Part shown: piece after piece, positions 15,650-30,570 of the stretch
Position numbering within the stretch: the first letter of the stretch is position 1
Layout of the letters: each line of letters starts with the position of its first letter
Source of the DNA: the human T2T-CHM13v2.0 reference genome, Homo sapiens
Direction: 5' to 3' (one strand)
DNA length: 64,000 bases
Assembly (NCBI RefSeq): GCF_009914755.1
Contig: NC_060931.1
Program-made: the position numbers and the translations under genes
The notes under the pieces: model-generated
What the model was told of the DNA's origin: nothing
What the model saw: only the letters and a program-made list of their open reading frames with translations
Databases searched by the model: none

Positions 15650-15787
15650 TCTTTCTTTTATTTCTTTTTTAAGATGAGATCTTACTATGTTGCTCAGGCT
15701 GGACTCGAACTCCTGGGCTCAAGAGATCCTCCTGCCTCAACCTCCCAAGTAACTGGGACTTACAGGCATAAGCCACAACACCTGGCT
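15650..15787 (-). mobile_element. FLAM-type Alu monomer
   Basis: ctatgttgctcaggctggactcgaactcctgggctcaagagatcctcctgcc...cctggct. Confidence 0.85.
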
Positions 15788-18429
15788 GTCTATAGTTTCT
15801 TTGTTCATATGACAAAGTGGTTCTGTGCAACCACTTTCTGTTTTTTGAAACTCCCCTATTCAAATTTGCCAGAACTACAGGGCCATCCCTCTCTTAAATA
15901 AATTTGAAAGCATTTTTGATTTACATGGGAATTTTTTTCAAAATTTCATTGCAGCAGGTACCACAGTTAATGATGGTTGTGTTTCATTACCTCCTTTTGT
16001 AGATCTTAGTCCACTTTTTGACTGAGTTGTGTTGTTTTTGGAGGGCACCCAATTTAGGACATGGTTTCTCACTTCTCTTATTTAGCTTCATTTAGTTGGG
16101 CTGTTTTGCATCTTTGTAAATAGAGATGTAGAAATGTAGTCCTGAAGAGATACAATTGATTCCCACCCTGTAAGAGAAATGATTTCAAACTTTACATTTT
16201 TACTCCCTAGTTTGACTCTGTTTTTGCGTCTGTAGCAAATTCACCTCAGTATTCCTAGTAACTTATCTATATCTGTTCTTTAGTCTCTTTGAGCCTTTCT
16301 GGTTCCCTCATTAATTAGTGGGGTTAAAATGAAATTTTCTACATGAGTTTATTTTATATTTGAATAAGAGTCAAGACTTTACCTTATTGAAAATTATCTT
16401 TTAACAGGGGAAACAATTGTAGAAGCAAGAGAAATACAAAACCACATATATAGTGGGCAATAAAGGATTATAGAATTATATGCTTTGAAAATCTTAGTTT
16501 TGTTGCCTCCTCTGTACCTGGAAACATGAACAATAATTTGGTTGTGAAAGTTCTAAAAAAAAGAAAAATTTAGAAAGTGAATATGTCTCTTTCATCTGCA
16601 TCATGTCTGGTTCCAAGTCTGTACCTTACTTGGTTTAACTTTTTGTTCAGAACAGTCTTGTCTTGGAAAATTCAGGCACCAGAGCAGATAACCTTGAGGT
16701 AGGGAGCTAGGATTGGACTTTGAAAGCAGGGCACAGCTTCTTGTCCTTTGATATGAGTGTCCTAGCTCTGCAATTCAACACCTCAGAAAATGTTTGCTCA
16801 GGTGAGCTGCCCAGAGGTGGAGCACTGTTAAGAGACAGGGCTTCTTTATTTGTTCGTTCTTATATAACAAAAACATCTTCCTCCCAGTATAATCAGTAGC
16901 ATGTCACTGTCGTGGATTCTATTATCAGGAAACTTTCTGCCATAAATTTTTCTAGTTTCCTTCTGCTTCCTTGTTTAACTGTGCCTTCACAAACAGGAGT
17001 GCATGCAAATGCACTCAGCATTTGCAACAGGGTCCTAGCTTTTAGTGAAGTGTACTGAGCTATAATGATTTTTGCCTTTCTTCTTTGTTCAAAGACATGA
17101 GAAAGGAAATTGAGGGAGTTAGGAACATTTTTTCCAAATAAAGTAGCATATTTTTCCAAAGAGAGTTCCTCTGGCCATAGATTTGGCTATAGCTGGTCCA
17201 TGCTCTTCGGTTGTTCTCTTTCCCATTCTCTGGGTGTATGTAGATAACACTCTATGATTCTATTTCATGGGTCAAAATAGGTTAAATGAGCCCATTACAG
17301 GGATGATTGTAAGTATATTTTGGCAGCAGTTGACAAAATTTCAGATTCCCAGGTTGAGGTGTGTGATTGGATTGTCTGATCTGTCCCATGGCTGCTGAGT
17401 GATGTGATAAAATTTGAAATATTTCTGCATAGCCCCAGATTCACTCTCCACTTTACCATCATAACACTACTTAGCCTTGGATTGAACTCATTGTGTCCTG
17501 TGGCTATTGCTTATATAAACATTTCAAAGTAAGTAATTTCACTAACATAGACATTCTGCTTACTTGTATTTTAAGTCTTTATTTAGCATGCTTACAACAT
17601 ATTCCCTACAGACTATGTCGTACAGAATTTTGGACACTCCTTGCAGTGTTAACATCCAGATATTTTGAAATTAGAGCTCAGGGTTGCTTTGAAATGCCCT
17701 GGTCGTTTTCTGCCTCAGTTGTTCAGGAAATGGTGTTCTCAGGAAGAAATTATAGAATTCCTAATACAGTATCGAATTTGGAAGGGGCCTGAAAATGTAA
17801 GCTATTACCCAGATTTCTAAATTGGAGGAAGACCTGTGTTATATTGATTTGTATTACTGCAACATCCCCAGATACTTCACCCGCAGTAGAGCCCATTTAT
17901 TTTCTTTAGATCATATTCATCTCCTCCACTACTTAAGGTCCTCAGTTGACTGACTCGGACTTCATTGTTAATTAGCATTTGTTGAATCACATTTCTTCTT
18001 TTTGCAATGCTGTCTCTTCTCCCCTGCTGGCCATGCCTTCTTCCCTGGCATATGTCTCTTCTTCCAGGTAATTTCTCCCTTTTTATCCCCATTGCCTTCT
18101 GATCATGCCCTTCTTCAACATTTACATAATCATATTACCATGATTTTGTGCTTGTTGATAAATTGATAATTTCATAAGTTGTTTAATATGTGTGCATTGG
18201 TTTTCCTTACTAGTTTCTAAACTCCTAAGAAGGGGATCTTTTTGTATCTCATTATAGTGCCCAGTTTACATTCAGTTTGCCAAGTGATGGGCTCAAACAG
18301 CATGAACTTGTATTTGGAGAAAAGTGCCCCATCCTCCAAGGTACAGGATTGGCTGTACTGGTTAGTAACTATAAGCGGGCTGGTTAGTAAAAGAACGCAG
18401 CAGAAAGGGTGCATGTCTTCTAGAATATA

Positions 18430-19027
<598 letters not shown>

Positions 19028-19184
19028 TCAGTAATATTTACATTGCAAACTCTTCATCCAGTTCAGGTTCCAAATCCTACCGCTCCCTCTCCTGAGTTCT
19101 TTTACTGCCTCTTTATCTCTTTTTTGACATTTAACATATGCCATCTCTGTCTTGTTTTTTAAATGCATTCCTCATGTTGAATCA

Positions 19185-19666
19185 GTGAATGAATGATCAA
19201 ACAATAAGTATTTATCAAGAGCTTTTCATATGCCAGCAAGAATGCTGAGTGTTGAGAATATATTAAACAAGACAGCTATAGTCTTTACAGGGAATACACA
19301 ATTTGTTATATAATTACAATTGTAATGGGAGTACAGAGTCCTGGGAGAGTGTATACTGGTGGCCACAGCTTATTCTAAGTGGTCTGATAAAGTCCTTGAA
19401 GTGATTTCAAAGTGAGACCCAAAGAAGGAGTTAGCAGAAGATCTTGTTCAGGGCCAAAGGATAAAATGTTGTATACAAAGGTCCTGAGGTGGAAGATTGT
19501 TTGTGTTCACAATGGAAGACCAGTCAGCATTGCTGCAATGTGAGGATAGTAATGGGAGAATGAATAACTGAATAATTTGGACGTTATAGTCCTTGAAAAG
19601 GATTTTGAATTTTATCTGAAGAACAGTGAGAAATCTTTGAAATGGGAGTAGAATAATTAGAACAGC

Positions 19667-19706
<40 letters not shown>

Positions 19707-20500
19707 ATGTGTGTATATGTATACATATATATATAGAGAGAGAGAGAGTTAGCTAGGTATATATATATTAATTTTTCTTTTTTTCCATTGTGGCTTTTAT
19801 TTGGAGATAGACTTGAAACAATGGTTAGGGGAGAATTTGCAGTTCACCTGGTGATTGCTGAATAGTGGCTGGAACTAGGATTGTGGCAATGGAGGCGGAA
19901 AGATAAATGTGAGATCTATTTTGGTATAAGAACTGGTAGAACTGAGTGGTTGATTGGATTGGGGTCAAGGAAGGGAAGTGAAATCAAGTGTCATGCATGA
20001 GCTTTCCAAATGTCTGGCACAAATATCTGGTTGATGGTGGTGCTCCTTGTCTGATATTGTAAATGATGGCAGAGTAGATTTGCAAGGAAAATTAAGACTT
20101 TCTGAACATGTTAAAATTGAGGCACTAATGAGCCATTAGTGACCTAGGCTTCATGCATGAGTTTAGGACTATAGGACACCTAGATGTGAGTGTACCAAAT
20201 TGTCCAGAGAATATTAAGAGAGAAGAGTCCCTAGGCCAAGCCCTTTATTTCAAGATTACGTATGGATGGGGAGTGTTTGAACAAACAGACTTTAAAACGT
20301 TGCCGCCCAAGCTGTCGGAGATAAATCAGGCGAGTATAATGTACAAATTAATAGAGAGAGCTTCACAAGGCAAGAATTGAGTCTCCAGCTTCAAGGTAAA
20401 GTAAGATGAAATTGAAAACTATCCAGTGGACAGTGCAATTCCATGAGTTACTGGTGACCATAGAGCAGTATTTGTGGAATGAAGGAAAGCAGGGGGGCAG
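19185..20500 (-). mobile_element. Long degraded L2 fragment
   Basis: Starts with aagtatttatcaagagcttttcatatgccag (L2 3' end, reverse) followed by purine-rich L2-like sequence; boundaries approximate. Confidence 0.65.
19670..19748. repeat. Compound (TG)n-(TA)n-(GA)n microsatellite
   Basis: Direct reading. Confidence 0.95.
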
Positions 20501-21196
20501 CAAAAGCTAGATATCTTCCCACCTGAGTTGTCAGCAGAAACTGTGTCTTATCTCTAGATCTGTAGTTTTTAGGAGTTTCGTAACAATAGGAAATGCATAC
20601 ATGTACATAATGATGGCGTCTATGTAGTTTTGAATGAGTGAGGAATCTTGAGGGCATCCATCAGCAAGTGTGCACTGATGGAGAAAGAAATGACAATGAT
20701 GTGAGATCCTTAACTGAACAAACTAACTTATGTTATCTTCACCAAAGCTATCTCAATTCTCTGCCATCACTTACGCACTCTGTGGTACATCATTTTCCAC
20801 TGATAGACAAGGTCCTTAGAGTCTCAATTCTAGAACCCCAATATAATATCCACATGTGGTTACATCATAACAAAGTTGTAAAGCCACTGGGTGGGGTAAG
20901 ATTAATTCTATATTTTCCTTAAGAAGAATTAGAATTCCCAAATACACCGAAAGCACTAACTATATTTCTAACTACTTTAGAAGTATCATTCTGTAAAAGT
21001 AGTTTCATTATTGTTTAAGCTTGTTTTCACGTATTTGTATGCATGCATGTATATGCTTTATTAAATCTATTTCTGAGCCTGACTGTTGGGCTTTTACAAG
21101 TTGCTCTCTTTACTAGGAACAAATTTTTATTCTCACATCATATTAATGTGTGGTTTTTGTTTGTTTTCTACCCATTGTCCACACTCTTTTTTGCGC

Positions 21197-21393
21197 GGGT
21201 AGCTGTGACTTCAGGCACACTACCACACCTGGCTAATTTTTAAAATTTTTTTTGTAGAGAGAGAATCTCTATCCTATACTGATAGGATCTGCTATGTTGC
21301 CAGAGCTGATTTAGAACTCCTGAGCTCAAGTGATTCTCCCACCTGGGCCTCCCAAAGTGCTGGGAACACAGGTGTGAGCCACTGCACGCAGCC
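21197..21393 (-). mobile_element. Truncated AluJ
   Basis: Left arm, linker and a short piece of right arm; ctcctgagctcaagtgattctccc. Confidence 0.85.
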
Positions 21394-21720
21394 ACATTAA
21401 ACTCTTAGTCCTTAGAAACAGGCTACTTAGTTTGGTGTCGTTAGTACCATAAAACACTGTGCTTAAATCTGTTTTTGATGGAATCACAGAGCAAATTTCA
21501 CATGCAGCTTCAGGTCAAACTGTTTCCACATCAGTTTACAGACTTTATTATAGCATCAATAATATTTATTTGTTTCAAAATATGTAGAACAATTAATTAT
21601 AAGAACTAATTCACTGCAGTGAATGTTGAATGCTGACACTTACAAACTAAAGGGACAATTAGTTATCTGACCTTTAATAATTTACAAGTTTATCTAGGCA
21701 AAGCTTAATCGGCCATAGAT

Positions 21721-22036
21721 TTTTTCTTTTTTTTTTTTTTCTTTTTCTTTTTTAGACAGAGTCTGACTTTGTAGCCCAGGCTGGAGTGCAGTGGCGCAAT
21801 CCCAGCTCACTGCAACCTCTGCCTCCCACAAGTTCAAGTGATTCTCATGTCTCCCGAGAAGGTGGGATTATAAGTGCCTGCCACCATAGCCGGCTAATTT
21901 TTGTATTTTTTTTTTTCAGTAGAGAAGGGCTTTCACCGTGTTGGCCAGGCTGGTCTCGAACTCCTGACCTCAAGTGATCCACTCGCCTCAGCCTCCCAAA
22001 GTTCTGAGATTACAGGCGTGAGTCACCGCCCCCAGA
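21721..22036 (-). mobile_element. AluS (Sx/Sz-like)
   Basis: Poly-T head, dimer, ctcctgacctcaagtgatcc. Confidence 0.9.
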
Positions 22037-22219
22037 TGACTTTTTTTCTTTTAGAAACAAAACCTTAGGCATATTTTTCTTTATTCGAATTTTTTGTCAA
22101 AGTTTCTGTTTTTAAATGCATCAAATATAAGTGAGTGAAAAGGATAGAAATTATCTGTACTACTAACTCTTCTATTCACCACAATGTGGGTTTCCTTATT
22201 TATTTCTTTTTCTTTTAAG

Positions 22220-22340
22220 TATTGTAAGCTCTTTTCAGGATGGGAGGCCTTACTGTGTTATTCTTAACTATACAGTCAGGTCCTAGAAGAGTATATGGCA
22301 CCAAGTAGGTGCTTAGCAGATATTGTTGGATGAATGAACG
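22220..22340 (+). mobile_element. L2 3' terminus
   Basis: attgtaagctc...ggcaccaagtaggtgcttagcagatattgttggatgaatgaa. Confidence 0.7.
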
Positions 22341-25229
22341 CTGTAAATAGTTCTACTAGAATTGATTTAATCAGCCTTCTATTGTTGGATGTTGGGGTTG
22401 TTTTATTGTTTTTTCTTCTCATAAACATTTGTTCCTTCAGATAAATCACAGTCTATAATTATTTTCTCAGAACATGTCCATAAAGTAGAAACCTAGGCCA
22501 AAGAATAGCATATATTTTTTAACAACATCATCCTATAAATCTTTATTGAGTAAAATGATTGGGTTTTTAATTGGATGCATTTGTTGTTCTTCAAAATATT
22601 GACCACTTTCTGTTTTAATTAGTAATAAATTTCTATCATAATTGTTGCCATTTTTCTCCATGTTAGAAAAAACTGGAACTTTCTCTTCTGAATTGTATAA
22701 TTATCTATTTTTATTAATGCTTTAAAAATGTAAGGCTTTTAAAAGACTAATCAGACATAAAAATAAAACTTTCACTTAAGGTTTATTGAACCTATACTGG
22801 TATGTCTGCAGGCAAAAATGAATGTTCAAAGTACTTTTAGGAAGTATGAAAAGTGTTTTAGCCATTTAGCCTTTACTAACATTTATTTTGATTTTAAGGT
22901 AATTTTTATATTATAGGTTACTTGCTGACTTTTTTTCTTCTCTGTTCTTTTCTGAAGTTGCATTCTTGTGTTGGGTGGGACACAGTTAAGTGTGACATGA
23001 ATTTCCTTGCCCCAAGTTCTTGATTTGCCCATGAAATGAAGACTTGTGCCTCATCAGATGTCTTTTAAATTTTTTACTCTGCACATTTTATTTTAATTAT
23101 CTCTGAAGGCATTTTCTGGTTCTGTAATAAGTTCTTACCTCTTGCCTATAGAGACTTTGGAAGTGATAAAAATTGATCTAAAACTGTTAAAGAAAAAAAT
23201 AGTATTTTAAACCTGTTAAGTTATTGTTTAATCCTAGCCTTGTAATTGATGTGCACAGTTGTAGATGGTGGTTGATTTGCTTTATTTTGTATTCTCAATG
23301 CCATATACCATGTGTAAGCTATGTTTTTAGCCCGGTCTCATGTCTCAATTCTGAAAATGTGGAAGATGTTTATTGTAGTATTCCTATAAAAATTCATTAT
23401 CATTTAATTCTTAGAAAAGTAACTCTAGAGTTGTTAAAAGTCTAAATGGCCTTTTTCTGTGTTTATCTTTACCAGTTCAAAATAGAAATGCTACTTTTAA
23501 CTATTACAATTTAATGGTGTATTTGATATAAATTGGATGTTTACGATTTGAGTAAAGTACCTGCTTTCGTAGAATATTTTAGCTGAAAATAATTGGAAGG
23601 TATACCTCCCAGTGTTAAACTCTCCTATAAACATTTTCTTCTTACAAATTGGTATTTCTGAACCACTATCTCTTATTCCTGTGTTTGAGTAGATACAATT
23701 AAGTTTCATACTAAAATAAATTTTCTTCACATCATTACTAAAGCATTCAGTTATTTCAAAAATATAGTACATTACTATACTGATGAATAATGGAAGAAGT
23801 TTGTCTGTTGATTCAACATATTCAAGAGTAGGATAGTTTTTCTCCTGAATAAAACTACAAAATCAATAGTGGATTTACTTACTTGACCTCAAAGAGATAA
23901 GACATTTTGTCTATGAAATAGTTTATAGTTTTTTGTTTGTTTGTTAAACAAAAATGAAGGGAAATAAACCAATAAAGCAGAAGGCATGGATTGAGGAAGC
24001 AATCTGGGAAAGGTTGTGAAAAGAATTGCCAGAGTCTTGGTCAAGGGGAATCCTAGCAAGCCACCCTGCAGAGGTCGCAGGAGGATGGAAGAACTCTTGG
24101 GAGGAAGCTCTCTAACTGGAGGGCTATCATTTACAAAGCCATGATACTATAAACACTGAGTATTGAGTTAACAAAAAATTGTAAGACTAGTGTGTTGAGA
24201 AGTTAGAGTATGGAAAAAAGGGGAAAAGGGACAGTTTGGGATGAGGTAGGGAGGCAGATTTATTCATGGAAGCTTTTCTATACAGCAAGAATTATGAGCC
24301 ATACCTTTCAGATAGTTCTGTGGGTTGGCAGCCCTCATCACCTGGCACCTTTGGCACTGCCTTGATAGCTGCCTCTCACCCAAGTTAGAGAAAGAGGATT
24401 GAAGACAGGAAGAAAGCAAGCTTATGTGCTTGATACTTTATCCTAACTAGGTATATTCTTATTTCCGCCCTTTTTACTTGAGGCACAGATACACCATCAT
24501 CTGCACTTTCTGTGCCTAACTTATCTTAACAAAAAAAAAAAAAAAAAGCATTCTCTAGAATAAGCCAAGGGCATTGTATTTTCTGTCGATGATAAAATGC
24601 AGATTTTTACCACTAAAAGGCAATGACTTCATTTCTAAAGGTTAAATTGAATGGTTCTCACAGCATAATTTCATATGGTTAAATTTGGGAAACTGAAAGT
24701 CATTCAGTAAGAGAACAATCTCTGAGCTTGTATAGAATTTGTATTTGATTGAGAATTGGGTATTACTTTATTCACATTAAGCTGTATCACATGATTTTAT
24801 TTCAAGGTAGAAAAGAAATGTCAGTAGGCATAAGTACTTAGTAGAACTTTTTTCTTTATTTGAACAAAATGTGTCCTCTTTATGGCCTGTGAGGATGACC
24901 TCATGCTCCATCTGATGCTTTCTTTTAGCTATTGCCCAAGAGTTTAGACTTTCTTAAGCTGCTTTTGTGGAACCAGTGAGACTTTTTTTCTGTGCTTTTC
25001 TAACCCCTTGCTTTCTCATCTAAACCATTTTCTTTTTAAATTTTTTAAGTATTTTAATACACTAGTATTCAAAGTAGTGATCAAAGTAGATGATTTAAAA
25101 CATAATGAATGGGTGGTTAATTTTGAACTTGATATTCTCTCCAAACTACTTACAGATTAGTTAGGGGAAAAGTTTTCTTGAGTTAAAAATTAAAATATTG
25201 TATATTCTTCCTGTGCACGTTGTTTTTAT

Positions 25230-25630
25230 TGTGTTGTTGTATATTCTTAAAGGTATAATTTATATACAGTAAAATGTTCTCATTTTTAGCATATAATTCT
25301 GTGAGTTTTGGCAAATGTGCATTTTGAGAAACGTATATTTATGAAATCATCACCATAGTCAAGATATTAGAGCTGTTCCATTGTCCCAATTCCTCCATTC
25401 CTTTTAGAGTCAACTTCTAGTCCCTGGCAACCACTCATGTTTTTCTGTTTAACTATAGTTTAACCTTTGTCAGAATGTCATACAAATGCAATCATGTATT
25501 TGAGATTCATACGTGTTGTTGCCCATGTCTTTTTTAGCGTAGAGTAGTATTCCATTGTGTGGTGTACTATAATTTATACCCAGTTGAGGGATATTTAGGT
25601 TATTTCCAATTTTAGTGATTATGAATAACG
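25230..25630 (-). mobile_element. L1M (MB/ME-like) 3' end fragment
   Basis: aggtataatttatatacagtaaaatg...ccctggcaaccact...gagtagtattccattgtgtgg...atttaggttatttcca. Confidence 0.8.
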
Positions 25631-25645
25631 TCCAGACCATTATCT

Positions 25646-25995
25646 TTGCTTTGCCTTGCTTTGTTTTTTTTAAAGAATGAGACAGGGTCTTACTCTGTCA
25701 TCCAGGCTGGGAGTGCAGTGGTGCGCCATCACTGCTCACTGTAGCCTCGACCTCCCAGGCTTAAGCTATCCTCCCACATCAGCCTCCTGAGTAGATAAGA
25801 CTACAGGTGTGCAGCACCATGCCCAGCTGATTTTCTTTTTTTCTTTCCTTTTTTTTTTTTTTTTTTTTTTTGTTTTGTTTTGTTTTGTGAGGCAAGATCC
25901 CACTGTGATGGCCAGGCTGGTCTCTAACTCCCGGGCTCAAGCAATGTTTTTGCCTCAGGCAAAACATTACAGGCATGAGGCCACCGTGCCTGGCT
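25646..25995 (-). mobile_element. AluJ with expanded T-rich linker
   Basis: TSD cagaccattatct/cagaccattttct; long T-rich run at ~25830-25887. Confidence 0.9.
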
Positions 25996-26678
25996 CAGAC
26001 CATTTTCTGAGGGTCCCTAATCTATTCCTCTAACATTATTTCACTTTATCTTAGTGAACTGCGGTGATTGTCCGAATGGTGCTTTGCATATTTTCATTCT
26101 AAACATAGAGATGTGTCTTCTCTTCCTAAGTATTTGCCAAGTTCTGGTTTCATTTCTCAGTATTGTACACTGTGGAAAGGAAGAAATAAATGGTGGGTAG
26201 GACCAACCAAATAAAAGTGTTTGTAGATGTCTGACTTTCTTAGGGCTCCTTAAACTCTTAGATGATTTAGTTCCTTGCAAGTCTGATTGGAGAGTAATTG
26301 TTTTCTTCCATATGTTGGAGTGCTATCCTTGCACTACTTTGCCCTGTGGCTTCCTTCTTCCAGTTGGGCAAGCATACCATTCCTGCCCCCTTTGGAAACT
26401 TTGCTTAGCCAGGATATTTCTTTTAATAATTGTAATACTCTCTGTTGAGGGCATCACTGATTGGAATGATACATCCTAAGCTCAGGGCTTTCTTCCAGCT
26501 TAATGCTCCTACAGATGTCCAAATGTCCTCTTGACTCATGCTCCCAGAACTGGAGCTCAGAGCCTGGGCTGCGGTTTCTCCTATGTTCAACATGGTGCAG
26601 GCCTGAGTGAGGTGCTTTACCAACCAAGTAAACAGTGTGAGAATCTGTAAACCACAGACAACACTTAATGATTTTCCA

Positions 26679-26940
<262 letters not shown>

Positions 26941-27475
26941 ATTATTGAAAGATAATTGATGGCCTAGCTTTAGCACCTTTTTTTTCTGTTGTAATTTTTT
27001 TGTTTGGGGGTTTGTTTTTGTCAGTGTTCTCCTCTGTGTTCACTTCATTCCTGTTAAACTTGCAATTCACTGAAGTTTACGCCCTCCCTGGTCTCTCTAG
27101 TACACATCTCACCACAAAGCATTGATAACCAGCCAGGGAAGAGCAGTTTCAAATTTGAAAGTGCTTTATGGTAACACAGGAGCTCGAGGGCATTCTCAGA
27201 GTATCCTCCCCCCGCAGGGTTCCATGTATTTCAAGAGATGATCATGCTGTATAACTGGCTCTTCATCGAATCATAAACTCATTCTGTGAATTAAAATGGC
27301 ACTTGGGGCCATAGCGCCCAAGATGTGGAAAGGAGGAAGAGTGTGGAGCGATAGGTGATGGTTTTGCCTTGCTGATAGGAGATGTAGTTGTGATTTGTCT
27401 TCCATATAGCCACAAAAGTAATTCTCCTGGTCTGCACAACCCAGAAAAACATAGATAACGATGGCAGTGAATGAT

Positions 27476-27506
27476 CACCATACACCATACACCATACACA
27501 ATACAC
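27476..27506. repeat. Short 7-mer tandem repeat (CACCATA)x~4.4
   Basis: caccata caccata caccata cacaata cac. Confidence 0.9.
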
Positions 27507-27520
27507 TTAAAATGAGAGAG

Positions 27521-27719
27521 CACATTTGCTTCAGTATCCTTAACGATTTGTTCTGATCTCCACACTCTTTTTTTTCCTGTGTCTGTCCTCTTGTTCACAA
27601 GGATTTTGCTGCTTTAGAGCACATTTGCTTCAGTATCCTTAACGATTCGTTCTGATCTCCACACTTTTTTTTTTTCCTGTGTCTGTCCTCTTGTTCACAA
27701 GGATTTTGCTACTTTAGAG
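27521..27719. repeat. 99/100-bp tandem duplication (2 copies)
   Basis: Units 27521-27619 and 27620-27719 differ by 3 substitutions and 1 T indel; AGAG microhomology at all three boundaries. Confidence 0.97.
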
Positions 27720-29280
27720 TTAAGATTGGTTAGACCCAGACAGCACTGTGCCCTGGAGTCCTTTACCCTCAGGTCAGCCCTGGTGGGACCAAGCAGTACA
27801 GAGAGCTTCATAGGAAGAAACATCCTGGGATGGGCAGTAGAGCATATGCTTGCACCTCCAGGGAGGCCCATCAGGATTGATGGGCTTCTTTCTAGCTGTT
27901 TCTCAAGTGCTGGTAGAGTATACTTCCCCAGTAATAAGTTCTGCATGTATTTGTTTGTAGTTCATTTTCCTGTGATGTTAATCAAAGATTGTGATGATGA
28001 GAACTAATTCGTGATCTTCATTATTAACAATTTCCATTTGAGTCTTGCATATGATAATCCTGAGTGGTTAATTGTTAACTAATAGGTTTAGTCTATTCCC
28101 ATTTTCCCATGCTGTTTTCTGTGCTGTTATGTTTACCTCTCACCAGCCCTTTCTAGTTTCATGCCTACTATTTGGGGACTTTCATTGGAGAAATCATGGG
28201 AATCACTTTGCATACATCTAGTGCACACCGACATCCTAAACCCTGTTCCAGAATTCACAGAATTGTGATTTCTGTAGTTCAGGTCCTCTAGGAAGCAGGT
28301 GACCTGGCTGTCTGGGGTGGTGGTCTTTCAGACACTTCTATCCTGTGCCTGCTGTACAAGGATTCTGCTTCGTCTGCTCTCCCACCTACCCACCCAAATC
28401 TCCCATTCTCCCAAGCCTGGGAATTCATCATACTAAATTATTTTAAACATATATTTGTATACACAGCAAGGTACTTTATAGAGATAAGTTCCAATCTAAC
28501 TGCTGAAGGGGATATCTTATAGCCATAGATAGATGTACCCACATTTGGAAGAGATGTAGCCTGACAAGCCAGAAGTCAGGGCAGAGTGAGAGTTTATAAT
28601 TAAGGTGTTTTTATAACCTTTGCTTCTCTGCTTCTCTCTAAGGGTCATCCTGCCATTCTGGAGGGTCATTCAGAACCCTGTTCCTCTAAGTTTGAGATAT
28701 AGATACTAACATCCTTTGAAATGAAGTCACCCCAGGCACATTTGTTGCATCATTACTTTCTCAATTTCAAGGTGCATTGAGGAGGCAGAAACATTTCTTA
28801 AAGAGATGCCATCCACAATAGCAGGTTAAATGTAGCTAATGCAATCTTAAATTAGCTTTTCTAAGAGTACAGGAAAATACTTATGTATAGTTTGCTGTAG
28901 AGCACAGGTAATGTGAAAACTACCAGTGCAACAACAACAAAAAAAGACTTCTCTTGTCAGAAATCCAGTTGCTTCCTGATTATTTACACCAGTGGAGGGG
29001 AATATTGGTGTAGATAACAGAAAACCACAACTAATTTATTTACTTGATTTCTCAAAGCTATGAGCCAACATAGTGGCAGAAAACTGGCAAATAGAATCCC
29101 AGACCTTATGTAAGGAAGCAATAGCAATGAAAACTGAGAGTGAAAGCCTTAGCATATAGATACATAAGCAGAAATATTTGATATTACCTTGAAATGAGCA
29201 TTCTGTGTAACAAGTCCTGTAGTTGTTATCTCTTTAAATCTAAGGTCTTAAATCTTTATTTATATATATGGTTGTGGGTG

Positions 29281-29710
<430 letters not shown>

Positions 29711-30187
29711 TGAATTCTGTCAATTTTATATTGTTATAATCAGAATTTCTAAAATAAATAATTTCCATAACTAAATTACCAGGGAGGATTTATAGCTACA
29801 TCGCCTGAGGAAACGTGCCAGTCTTCCTAACCAGTGTTTTCATTTGAGCCACTGAAACAAATATTAAAGATTTCAAGAATGTTTGAAAAGGAACATGCCA
29901 AGCAAAAAAATGCTTGAGATGACAAGGAAAGACATACACTTTTGTGTGGCTGTGACTGAGATTTGAAAGTGCCGACATCTTTGGGTTCTTATAATCAATT
30001 TAATTGACTTTATAAGAACTTAATATTCTGTCAGCTTGGATGAAATATCCATCTTTCCACTTAGTGACTGGTCCACAGGCATATCACCTCATCCAAGCCT
30101 TCGAAATACTTGCCTCAAGAATATGGGGAACTCCATGTTCTTACCTTATAATTTTTATCTGGAAATAAACATGGCCAGTTCTGATGA

Positions 30188-30570
<383 letters not shown>

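Noticed and set aside
24481-24547. 9-bp stem (AGGCACAGA/TCTGTGCCT) followed by A17, resembling a retroposed small RNA or terminator
   Set aside because: No TSD or recognisable RNA; short stems arise by chance. The A-run would more likely cause oligo-dT internal-priming artefacts.
27521-27719. Direct repeats as a CRISPR-like array
   Set aside because: Only two adjacent copies, no spacers, no cas genes, eukaryotic context.
29030-29065. IYLLDFSKL reading resembling the CR1/L3 reverse-transcriptase motif YLDFSKAFD
   Set aside because: Too short to call by eye; at most an ancient L3 fossil. Needs a Dfam search.
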